NCBI GenBank assembly: GCA_041486815.1
Contig: JBGPMG010000003.1
Span: 1 to 42,064 of the forward strand
Direction: 5' to 3'
Length of the DNA: 42,064 nt
Source: Candidatus Eiseniibacteriota bacterium
GTDB taxonomy: Bacteria > Eisenbacteria > RBG-16-71-46 > SZUA-252
The notes below the pieces were generated by a model that did no database searches, had not been told where the DNA came from, and was given only the letters and a program-made list of their open reading frames with translations. This document shows positions 34,489-42,064 of the stretch, in pieces; the stretch's first letter is position 1, and each line of letters begins with the position of its first letter. The position numbers and the translations under genes were made by a program.

Positions 34489-35058
34489 ATGGAGACCTCG
34501 TCCACGCCCACCGATCCCGCCGCCGCGCGCGCGCGCCTACGGCAGATTCTCCTGGAGCGATCGATCCGCTTCGGGGACTTCACGCTCTCCTCCGGCGCGA
34601 AGAGCAGCTATTACGCCGACGTGCGGCAGACGAGCCTGCATCCGGAGGGAGCGCTTCTCATCGCGCGCCTTCTCGATCCGATTCTCGCGGAGCACCACGT
34701 GAAATCGATCGGTGGCCTGACGCTGGGAGCCGATCCGATCGTCGGCGCGACCATCGCCTGGACACAGCTCCAAGGCAGAGGGCTGATCGGGTTTCTCGTA
34801 AGAAAAGAGCAGAAGGCGCACGGCACGGGGAACCGAATCGAGGGCCCCTTCGACAAGACCCTCCCCGTGGCGATCGTCGATGACGTGATCACGAAAGGCG
34901 GATCCGCGCTCCAGGCATACGACGCGGTTCGGGCCGCGGGTGGGGACGTGCGCGTCGTGGTCTGCGTGGTGGATCGCGGCGAGGGCGGCGGCGAGGAGTT
35001 CGCGGCGCGCGGCGTCCCGTTCCGCGCGCTCTTTCAGATCCGGGAGTTCCTGCCCTAG
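34489..35058 (+). CDS. pyrE: Orotate phosphoribosyltransferase
   Basis: FGDFTLSSG.KS.YY.D, GGLTLGADP, VRKEQKAHG, IVDDVITKGGS PRPP loop, VVDR. Confidence 0.95.
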   Translation: METSSTPTDPAAARARLRQILLERSIRFGDFTLSSGAKSSYYADVRQTSLHPEGALLIARLLDPILAEHHVKSIGGLTLGADPIVGATIAWTQLQGRGLIGFLVRKEQKAHGTGNRIEGPFDKTLPVAIVDDVITKGGSALQAYDAVRAAGGDVRVVVCVVDRGEGGGEEFAARGVPFRALFQIREFLP

Positions 35059-35110
35059 GTCCCCCCTAGTTCCCCGCTAGTTCCTCGCTAGGTCCCCGTT
35101 AGTTCCCCGG
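35056..35110. repeat. Five tandem copies of an 11-bp unit, consensus TAG(G/T)TCCCCG(C/T)
   Basis: TAG at 35056, 35067, 35078, 35089, 35100 (exact 11-nt period), spanning the gap between the convergent pyrE and PBP stop codons. Confidence 0.85.
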
Positions 35111-37603
35111 TGGCACGCCGGTCCCGACTCCCCCGGCGCCCGCGTCTCCGGACGGCGGCGGCTCCTCCGGCGTCGGAGGCGTCTCCTGCTCTTGATCCTG
35201 CTTCGGCGCCTCCTCTCGAGGCTCCTCATACATCGTGGAGTCGGGCGGCAGCGAATCGGACCAGAACGGCATGTGCATGACCGGGCACAGCTCCCGCGGT
35301 TCCGTCTTCCGGAGGAACGCGGCCCGCATCACGTGCAGGCATTCCGGCCCCGCGCGATATCCGGTATCCCCGTCGATCCAGACGTCGACGACGTCCTGCG
35401 GGGCCTCGAAATCGCGGAACGGCCGGTCTTGAAGCGCGGATTGCATGAAGCGCGCCCAGATCGGCACCGCGGCCTGGGTGCCGGTCAAGCCGATCCGGCG
35501 ATGCCGATCGCACCCGACCCATACCCCGGCCGCGAGATCGGGCGAGTAGCCGATGAACCATGCGTCGTTCTCGTCATCGGTGGTGCCGGTCTTCCCGGCC
35601 GCTGGGCGTACGAACCCATAAGCGCTGCGGACCGCCGACGCGGTTCCGTAAATCACCGGCCCCTCGAGGAGGATCGTGGTCAGATAGGCGGTCTCCGGGC
35701 GGATGACGCGTCGGCCCTCCCTGCGAGGAGACCAGCGCACGTTTCCGCCCCGGTCGAGAACCGCCTTCACCGCGACCGGGGTCATGCGTACGCCGCCGTT
35801 GGCAAGCGTGGCATAGGCGGTCGTCAGCTCGAGGACCGAGAGCTCACTGGTTCCAAGTGCAAGCGACGCGACCTGGCGAAGGCGGCTCTCGATCCCGAGC
35901 TCCCGCGCCATCTCGATCACTTTGGGGAGCCCCACCATTTGGGAAAGCCTCACCGTCGCGACGTTGAGCGAGCGCGCGATGGCGCGCGCCACGGTCACCT
36001 GCCCGGCGTACGAGTTCTCGTAGTTCTTGGGGGACCACGGCCCGAGGCTCGTTTGAAACGTGTCCGGCTCGTCGCGTAGGAGGGTCGCCGCGGTGATGGG
36101 TGGCCGCCTCCCGGAATAGTAGGAATCAAGGGCCGCGGCGTAGACGAACGGCTTGAAGGCGGAGCCCGGCTGCCGTCGCGAATCGACCGCTCGGTTGTAG
36201 GGGCTCTCCTCGTAGCTCCGTCCCCCGACCATCGCCCGGATGTACCCGGTGGACGGCTCGATCGCCACGAGCGATGCCTGCGCCGGGCTGCGCTCGGAGC
36301 CGCCGACCGGCGAGCGCCAGTCGGCTTCCCGGGCCCCGGCGCGCACGATTCGCTCCGCCTCCTCCTGCATCCGGCCGTCCAGCGTCGTGAAGATCGAGAA
36401 GCCGCGTGCGCTCAAGTCCGATTCCGAGATGTCCTTGGACAGCTGCTCCCGAACGTAATCGACGAAGTAGGGAGCGCGCGTGGTGGGCGGCGCGTTGGCC
36501 GCGAACCGGAGGGACGTCTGCCGGTACCGCTTGGCATCGATCTTCGAGATGAAGCCGCACTCCACCATGTCGTTCAGAACCTGATCGCGCCGCGCCAGTG
36601 CGGCCTCCGGATCTCGGTACGGCGAGAGCTTGTTCGGCGCCGGGATGATGCCGACCAGAAGGGCAGCCTCGGCGGGGGTGACTTCCTGCACGTGCTTGTT
36701 GAAATAGTAGAGCGATCCCTCCTCCACGCCGCACACGCTCCAGGAGCCGCGCTGTCCCAGGTAGATCTGGTTTAAGTAGAACTCGAGAATCTGCTCCTTC
36801 GAATACCGGAGCTCCACCATGACCGCGAGCAGCGCCTCGTGGAATTTCCTCCACACGTTCCGCTCGCGGGAGAGGAAGAGGTTCTTGACGAGCTGCTGGC
36901 TGATCGTGCTCCCGCCCTCGACCACCGCGCCGGCGCGCACGTTGCGCATGGTTGCGCGCCCCATGCCGAGCAGGTCGAGGCCCCAATGCCTGAAAAAGCG
37001 ACGATCCTCGCTCGCCACGACCGCGAGAACCAGATGCCGCGGCATCTGACCCAGCGGGATATAGCTTCGGCGCTCGCGTTCCTGGTCGGAGAATTCGCCG
37101 AGGACCTCGGGGTCGATTCGAAGAAGCCCTCGCTGTCCGGGCTCGGCGAAGCCTTCGCCGAGGGAGGCGATCTGGCCGTCCTGGATCTCGGCGATCACTT
37201 CCGAGCCTCGCTCCACGTGATCGGGGTAGGTGAAGGGTCGGAGATGGATCTCGAACGTCGAGCCGCGAATTCGGTACTGCCCCGGATCGGTCGGCAGCTT
37301 CCAGACCCGCCGGTATCGCGCGCGGTCGAGGTAGCGCTGCACTCCCGCCACGTCGACGTGATCGCCCACACGGAAATCGCGCCAGTCGGCAAAGACCTGG
37401 GTCGGAAATTTCCACCCCTGCCCCGCGTATCGGTATGACGCGAGCGAGGAGAGCCGGAACCAGTCGTAACCGAGGAACGCGGCGACGAGAACCAGGATGA
37501 ATACAACCCAGCGAATGCGGCCGCGCGGCAGCTGAGACGGCCGGCGGGTCCACCAGGGGCCCGGTTTGCCGGGCGCGGATTTGGAAGGCGGCTTTTCGGT
37601 CAC
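35099..37603 (-). CDS. mrcB: Class A penicillin-binding protein, PBP1B-like (UB2H + transglycosylase + transpeptidase)
   Basis: N-terminal TM; UB2H-like YRRV..PGQY..IHLRPFTYPD; EDRRFFRH, GGSTISQQLVKN, RKFHE, YLNQIY; SAFK, SLN, KTGT. Confidence 0.88.
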   Translation of the reverse strand: MTEKPPSKSAPGKPGPWWTRRPSQLPRGRIRWVVFILVLVAAFLGYDWFRLSSLASYRYAGQGWKFPTQVFADWRDFRVGDHVDVAGVQRYLDRARYRRVWKLPTDPGQYRIRGSTFEIHLRPFTYPDHVERGSEVIAEIQDGQIASLGEGFAEPGQRGLLRIDPEVLGEFSDQERERRSYIPLGQMPRHLVLAVVASEDRRFFRHWGLDLLGMGRATMRNVRAGAVVEGGSTISQQLVKNLFLSRERNVWRKFHEALLAVMVELRYSKEQILEFYLNQIYLGQRGSWSVCGVEEGSLYYFNKHVQEVTPAEAALLVGIIPAPNKLSPYRDPEAALARRDQVLNDMVECGFISKIDAKRYRQTSLRFAANAPPTTRAPYFVDYVREQLSKDISESDLSARGFSIFTTLDGRMQEEAERIVRAGAREADWRSPVGGSERSPAQASLVAIEPSTGYIRAMVGGRSYEESPYNRAVDSRRQPGSAFKPFVYAAALDSYYSGRRPPITAATLLRDEPDTFQTSLGPWSPKNYENSYAGQVTVARAIARSLNVATVRLSQMVGLPKVIEMARELGIESRLRQVASLALGTSELSVLELTTAYATLANGGVRMTPVAVKAVLDRGGNVRWSPRREGRRVIRPETAYLTTILLEGPVIYGTASAVRSAYGFVRPAAGKTGTTDDENDAWFIGYSPDLAAGVWVGCDRHRRIGLTGTQAAVPIWARFMQSALQDRPFRDFEAPQDVVDVWIDGDTGYRAGPECLHVMRAAFLRKTEPRELCPVMHMPFWSDSLPPDSTMYEEPREEAPKQDQEQETPPTPEEPPPSGDAGAGGVGTGVPPGN

Positions 37604-37612
37604 TGCGGAAGG

Positions 37613-37641
37613 AGCCTAGGGGGAGCGGTGGCGCGCGTCAA
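37613..37641 (-). promoter_or_regulatory. sigma70-type promoter of the PBP gene (near-leaderless)
   Basis: TTGACG-N17-TAGGCT, 9 nt upstream of the GTG start; no SD. Confidence 0.6.
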
Positions 37642-37666
37642 CCGCGCGCGGCCCGAGCGATGCGCG

Positions 37667-39253
37667 CTACTTGGTGTCCGTCAGGATGTCTTCGAGGAAT
37701 CGCATCCGGCTGATGGTCCTTGGATCGGAGCCGCCGGCCGGGGCGTAGAGGACGTAGTCGCGATACGCCGCAAGTGCTTCTCGCCGGTCGGAATTGCGGC
37801 CGGAGATCTCTTGGATCGACCAGAGGCAGTCGGCGTACTCCCGCTTCGCTCGGGTCCGATCGGGTCCCGCGGTCGAGGTGATGAGCGATTTCCACGTCGA
37901 CCTGAGCTTCCGTAGCGTGGCGATGTCCCCGTTCTTTGCCGCCGCCTCGGTCGCTAGGTGGAGGTGATCGATCGGCTTTGTCGGCGGCGTCTCCTGAGTC
38001 TGCGGCGCGGGAGCCGCCGATTCGCCGGTCTGTTGGGACGGGCTCACCGGTGCCGGGCTGCCGGACGTCTCCGATCCCTGTCCGGGGGAAGTCGCGGCGG
38101 GCGGGTTCGCGGGCGCGGGCTCAACGGGAGGACTCTCGGAACCCCCAGGAGTCACGCCCCCATTGGGAGCTGGAGATGTCGCGGTGGAGCCCGAAGGTCG
38201 CTGGTCGGCCGGGCGACGGGTGACGGTGCTGGCGACCGGCGGGTCGTCCACCGGTCTCCAAGGAAACTCTCCCTCATCCCCCCCGCTCCCACCCTTCCGC
38301 GCGGCGGAAGCGGTCGCCGGTTTCGCTCCCTTCGAACCGCTCTTGGGCTTCCCTTTCGCCGCGATCTTCGAACTGGGCGGAGGAGGACCGGGCGATGCGA
38401 CCACCCCCGGCGTCGCGTTGAGAAGGGTCGGAGCCTGCGCGTCCGGGGCGGGCTCAACCGGAGCCGATGTGGACGGGGCCGGCGGCGACTGCTGAGTCCC
38501 GGTCGTGCCGGGCGCAGGAGCAGCGCTGCTGTCTCCCGGACTCGGGGCCGGCGTAGACACCGGCGGAACCGGCGTCGCCGATTGGGTCGGTGCGGGGGAT
38601 GGGGTCTGTCCACTCGGAGGGAGCTCCGCGGGCTTTTCCTGCCGGAAGGCGAGGGCGATCCAGACGGAGATTCCCAGGAGCACCATGCCGCAGCCGATCC
38701 CGCCGCCCCAGAGCGCTAGCCGGACCAACGCGACCTTGCGCCTCTCGTCTCCCGCCTTCTTGCGCTTGAGCGCCTCGTGCGCGAACGAGAGGCTTCCCTC
38801 CGGCGGGCTCGCATCGCGCGGTACCTCCACGGGCTCGAAATCCCAGGTCGTCGCGGCCGTCTCCGCGGGCTTTTCCGGTTTGGGCGTGAAATTCTCGAAC
38901 GGGTCGGGCCCGCCCGCGTCGGCGGTTCCACCGGCCTGGACCGGCGCGACGTCCGGGGTGGCTGCGGAGGCGGTCGATTGGGATCCCATGTCGGGGAAGG
39001 ACATCTCGTCGAACAACGCCGTCTGGGGGCGCGACTCCTGCTCCGGGGGCGGCGGCGGCGACTCGATATTCCCCGCGAGCGGCTCATCGGGAATCTCGAA
39101 TGGCGGTGCGCCCATGACGGCCCGGGTCAGCTCGAGCTCGAGCCGGCAGCCCTCGCAGACCGCGAGATGCTCCTGCAACTCGATCCGCTCTTCGGGCGAG
39201 AGCGTCCCGGACACGCTCGGTTCCAGCTTGAGCTTTGCTTCGGAGCAGTTCAT
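37667..39253 (-). CDS. zf-HC2 (anti-sigma-type zinc finger) single-pass membrane protein with Pro/Ser/Thr-rich extracytoplasmic linker
   Basis: MNC...HLAVCEGC; TM LALWGGGIGCGMVLLGISVWIALAF; long low-complexity region; helical C-terminal domain. Confidence 0.75.
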   Translation of the reverse strand: MNCSEAKLKLEPSVSGTLSPEERIELQEHLAVCEGCRLELELTRAVMGAPPFEIPDEPLAGNIESPPPPPEQESRPQTALFDEMSFPDMGSQSTASAATPDVAPVQAGGTADAGGPDPFENFTPKPEKPAETAATTWDFEPVEVPRDASPPEGSLSFAHEALKRKKAGDERRKVALVRLALWGGGIGCGMVLLGISVWIALAFRQEKPAELPPSGQTPSPAPTQSATPVPPVSTPAPSPGDSSAAPAPGTTGTQQSPPAPSTSAPVEPAPDAQAPTLLNATPGVVASPGPPPPSSKIAAKGKPKSGSKGAKPATASAARKGGSGGDEGEFPWRPVDDPPVASTVTRRPADQRPSGSTATSPAPNGGVTPGGSESPPVEPAPANPPAATSPGQGSETSGSPAPVSPSQQTGESAAPAPQTQETPPTKPIDHLHLATEAAAKNGDIATLRKLRSTWKSLITSTAGPDRTRAKREYADCLWSIQEISGRNSDRREALAAYRDYVLYAPAGGSDPRTISRMRFLEDILTDTK

Positions 39254-39334
39254 CGCGGAACAGATCTCCCGTTGGATCGGACCAAGCCGGGCTCGCGCGC
39301 GCCCGACCGTGCCCGCGGGTGCCCGTACCTCTAG

Positions 39335-39362
39335 CTATCGGATTTGGGAGGTAGGTTCTTGA
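39335..39362 (-). promoter_or_regulatory. Possible sigma28 (FliA/WhiG)-like promoter upstream of the zf-HC2 gene
   Basis: TCAAG-N15-TCCGATAG; spacer about 1 nt longer than the usual consensus. Confidence 0.3.
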
Positions 39363-39466
39363 GGCGAAAGGAAGCGGCGGGGGCGGGCCCCGGCCTCAGC
39401 GGAGGTCTTAGGGAAACCGCGCAAATCATTCTAATATTGGAGTATCGGATGCTGAGTGTGAGGCCT

Positions 39467-39664
39467 TCAATCCGGAAGGATGGCCCCCTCGACGGGGCAG
39501 GCTTCGAGGCAGGCATTGCAGCTGACGCAGTCCTCGGCAACGATGAAGAGCCAGAGCGTGCCCTTGGTATTCTGCCCTTCGCCCTTCTTGATGCAGTCGA
39601 CGGGACAGACATCCACGCACGAGCTCTCGCCCTCGCAGATATCCTTGACGATCTCGTACGCCAT
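39467..39664 (-). CDS. Dicluster ferredoxin, probably [3Fe-4S][4Fe-4S]
   Basis: ATG 39664; CEGESSCVDVCP (second Cys absent) and CVSCNACLEACP. Confidence 0.9.
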   Translation of the reverse strand: MAYEIVKDICEGESSCVDVCPVDCIKKGEGQNTKGTLWLFIVAEDCVSCNACLEACPVEGAILPD

Positions 39665-39687
39665 GAGCCCCCCGGACCGGATCGGAC

Positions 39688-40779
39688 CTAATGCACCTGG
39701 AGCATGCGATCGAGCGCCGCTCGGGCCGACCGCTTCGTGGACTCCGCGACACGGACCACGTTCACCGGATCTCCCTCGACCACCCGCTCGAGCGCCCACA
39801 ACAAATTCTGCGGCGATATTCGGTACATGGTAGCGCACATACAGAAGTCCTTCGAGAGAATCGCGATCTTCTTGTCGGGGAGCGTCTTCGCGAGCCGCTG
39901 CACCAGGTGGTACTCGGTGCCGACCGCCCAGCTCGAACCGGCGGGTGCTTCACGAAGTGTCCGGATGATGTACTCGGTCGATCCGACGAAATCGGCGACG
40001 CTCGCCACCTCGTGAGGCACCTCGGGATGGACGAGGATCTTGACGTCCGGGTCCTCCGCCCGGCGCTCGACCACGTGCCGGTACTGGAATTTTGTGTGGA
40101 CGGAGCAGCAGCCCCTCCAGACGATCACCTTCGCTTCGCGGAGGGCCCCGTCGGGGATTCCTCCCTGGGGCAGGCGAGGATCCCAGAGGACGATCTGCTC
40201 TAGGGGAATTCCCATCGCCACCGCGGTGTTCCGACCCAAGTGCTCGTCAGGAAAGAAGAACACCTGCTCGCGCTCCGAGAACGCCCACTCGAACATGCCG
40301 CGACAATTCGAGGAGGTACAGACCGCGCCCCCTCGCTCGCCGCAGAATGCCTTGAGCTCCGCCGTGGAGTTCATGTAGGTGATCGGCATCACCGAACGGA
40401 GCCCGGCGCGCTCCAGCGCGTCGCCGGCCTCGAGCACGTCGTCGGTGGCCGCCATGTCGGCCATCGAGCAGCCCGCGTTCATGTCGGGGAGGATCACCTT
40501 CTGGTGGGGCTGGCGCAGAATGTCGGCGCTCTCAGCCATGAAGTGAACGCCGCAGAAGACGATCCACTCGGCGTCGATCCGCTCCGAGCCGAGCCGCGCG
40601 AGCTTGTACGAGTCGCCGGTCAAGTCCGCGTGCTCGATGACGTCGTCGCGCTGATAGTGGTGCCCCAGGATGACCAGCGACCGGCCCAGCGCGCGCTTCG
40701 CGGCGCGGATGCGGGACGCGATCTCATCGTCTTCGAGGATCAGGTAGGGCTCGGGTACGGCCAGAGCGTGGGTTGCCAT
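39688..40779 (-). CDS. nadA: Quinolinate synthase A
   Basis: ILGHHYQ, GDS, FCGVHFMAESA, AGCSMADMA, YMNS, CTSSN, GCCSVH, HPE, C.C.TM. Confidence 0.96.
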   Translation of the reverse strand: MATHALAVPEPYLILEDDEIASRIRAAKRALGRSLVILGHHYQRDDVIEHADLTGDSYKLARLGSERIDAEWIVFCGVHFMAESADILRQPHQKVILPDMNAGCSMADMAATDDVLEAGDALERAGLRSVMPITYMNSTAELKAFCGERGGAVCTSSNCRGMFEWAFSEREQVFFFPDEHLGRNTAVAMGIPLEQIVLWDPRLPQGGIPDGALREAKVIVWRGCCSVHTKFQYRHVVERRAEDPDVKILVHPEVPHEVASVADFVGSTEYIIRTLREAPAGSSWAVGTEYHLVQRLAKTLPDKKIAILSKDFCMCATMYRISPQNLLWALERVVEGDPVNVVRVAESTKRSARAALDRMLQVH

Positions 40780-40880
40780 ATCACTCTATTTGATGCGGCG
40801 GCGGGCTCCGGGTCAAGGGAAAGTACCTACGCTCATCCAGGTGAATCTCTCGACCGATTCGGCGCGTCTAAAATGAGTTA

Positions 40881-40898
40881 GGGGCGCCGAGGCGCCCC
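40881..40898. repeat. Inverted repeat GGGGCGCC-GA-GGCGCCCC in the nadA/korA divergent region
   Basis: Perfect 8-bp arms; ends 7 nt before the putative -35 box. Confidence 0.55.
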
Positions 40899-40905
40899 AG
40901 CGGCC

Positions 40906-40934
40906 TTGACCCGCTCCGAGCGAAATGGGACCAT
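40906..40934 (+). promoter_or_regulatory. sigma70-type promoter for the oxidoreductase alpha gene
   Basis: TTGACC-N17-GACCAT with TGn extension. Confidence 0.45.
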
Positions 40935-40986
40935 GGGCCGCTCGACCGCGAGCAGCGATCCACCCTCAAACCACGGGAACCGCTCC

Positions 40987-42064
40987 TTGTCGCCCAGCGA
41001 CAATCAATTCACACTCCACGTCGCGACGGTCAACGGCTCTGGCAGCCAGACCGCCAATACGACGCTGTTGCGCGCCATCTTCCAGATGGGCGTGCCGGTT
41101 TCGGGCAAGAACCTGTTCCCCTCGAACATCGCGGGGCTCCCCACCTGGTTTACGATCCGCGTCAATGACCAAGGCTACCTCGCGCGCGACAAACGATACG
41201 ACGTCCTCGTCGCGATCAACCCCGACACCTCGCTGGCGGACGTGGCCGCGATGGGGCCGGGAAGTGTCCTGATCCTGGCCGAGGGAGTTCCGAATCCGAA
41301 GATCCCAGCCGATCGCACGGTCTACGCGATCCCCTTCGCCAAGCTGGTCGAGCCCTTGGTCGCGGACGCGAAGCTTCGGAAGCTCGTGATCAACATGATC
41401 TACGTCGGCGTGGTCAGTTGGGTCTTGGGGATCGATCCGGCCGAGGTGGATCGCGCGCTCACCGCCCAGTTGGGGCGGAAGCCGAAGGCCCTCGAGATGA
41501 ACCGGGCCGCGGTCCAAGCGGGCATCGACTACGCGGCCCAGCATCTCCAGAAGGCGCCGTTCCAAGTTCGGCGTCTCGATAAGACCTTGGGAAAGATCTT
41601 GATCGATGGCAATCAGGCCGGAGCGCTCGGCGCGGTATTCGCGGGCGTCACCTACGTCTCCTGGTATCCGATCACGCCGTCCTCGAGCCTGGCCGAGCAG
41701 CTGGAGATGTTCCTCGCCCGCTATCGCCGCGACCCGAAGACGGGGAAGGCGACCTATGCCGTCGTCCAGGCCGAGGACGAGATCGCCGCGATCGGCATGG
41801 TGCTCGGCGCGTCGTGGGCCGGCTCACGAGCGATGACGACGACGTCGGGCCCGGGCCTCTCGCTCATGACCGAGTTCACCGGGTACGCCTACTACGCGGA
41901 GATTCCGGCTGTGATCTGGGACATCCAGCGCATCGGCCCGAGCACAGGGCTGCCCACCCGAACGTCCCAAGCCGACCTCCTTTCGGTCGCGTTCCTCTCC
42001 CACGGAGATACGAAGCACGTCATGCTCTTCCCCGCCACGGTGGAGGACTGCTACGAGTTCGGGC
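40987..42064 (+). CDS. korA: 2-oxoacid:acceptor (ferredoxin) oxidoreductase subunit alpha, truncated by window end (absent from the ORF track)
   Basis: Manual translation: VATVNGSGSQTAN, GKNLFPSNIAGLPTW, WYPITPSS, QAEDEIAAIG, TTTSGPGLSLMTE, QRIGPSTGLPT; start TTG 40987 or in-frame ATG 40933; substrate specificity not determinable. Confidence 0.9.
   Translation, partial: MSPSDNQFTLHVATVNGSGSQTANTTLLRAIFQMGVPVSGKNLFPSNIAGLPTWFTIRVNDQGYLARDKRYDVLVAINPDTSLADVAAMGPGSVLILAEGVPNPKIPADRTVYAIPFAKLVEPLVADAKLRKLVINMIYVGVVSWVLGIDPAEVDRALTAQLGRKPKALEMNRAAVQAGIDYAAQHLQKAPFQVRRLDKTLGKILIDGNQAGALGAVFAGVTYVSWYPITPSSSLAEQLEMFLARYRRDPKTGKATYAVVQAEDEIAAIGMVLGASWAGSRAMTTTSGPGLSLMTEFTGYAYYAEIPAVIWDIQRIGPSTGLPTRTSQADLLSVAFLSHGDTKHVMLFPATVEDCYEFG

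Noticed and set aside
32372-34702. Long plus-strand ORFs (776 aa here; also 4484-5998, 11642-13183, 13180-15048, 17085-18437, 22639-23958, 29794-31050)
   Set aside because: Antisense shadows of well-supported minus-strand genes; expected with high-GC codon bias; no recognisable motifs
35056-35110. Possible CRISPR array
   Set aside because: Units are 11 bp, contiguous, with no spacers and no cas genes
37960-38640. Repeat-like DNA in the zf-HC2 gene
   Set aside because: Low-complexity Pro/Ser/Ala/Thr coding sequence, not discrete DNA repeats
40861-40880. NrtR/NiaR-like NAD regulator site upstream of nadA (GCGTCTAAAATGAGT)
   Set aside because: Spacing and symmetry do not match the GT-N7-AC type consensus convincingly
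40925-41272. 115-aa plus-strand ORF from the ORF track
   Set aside because: Wrong frame; the real gene is the oxidoreductase alpha subunit running off the window end

Overview
High-GC bacterial chromosomal segment with no mobile elements, tRNA/rRNA or CRISPR. Almost all real genes are on the minus strand; the many long antisense/alternate-frame ORFs are high-GC shadows. In transcription order on the minus strand: nadA, a 7Fe-type ferredoxin, an orphan zf-HC2 anti-sigma-like membrane protein and a PBP1B-like gene; then a ~34 kb co-oriented run: dnaE, accA, a Trm112/YcaR-like gene missing from the ORF track, porU, porV, an M6 metalloprotease with FG-GAP repeats and a T9SS-type CTD, two DUF5683-like paralogs, an NHL propeller, a large SprA-motif OM protein, an Omp85/TamA-like protein, ligA, dinG, hutH, hutU, hutI, ftcD, a TPR protein and a PHP phosphoesterase. 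pyrE and a truncated 2-oxoacid:acceptor oxidoreductase alpha gene are on the plus strand. The most notable feature is a compact type IX secretion (T9SS)-like envelope locus of about 16.5 kb wedged, with overlapping start/stop codons at both ends, between housekeeping genes. Canonical sigma70 promoters and Shine-Dalgarno sequences argue the host is not a Bacteroidota member; an FCB-related candidate lineage such as Eisenbacteria/Latescibacterota is an inference. Family assignments come from motifs recognised by eye, not from database searches.
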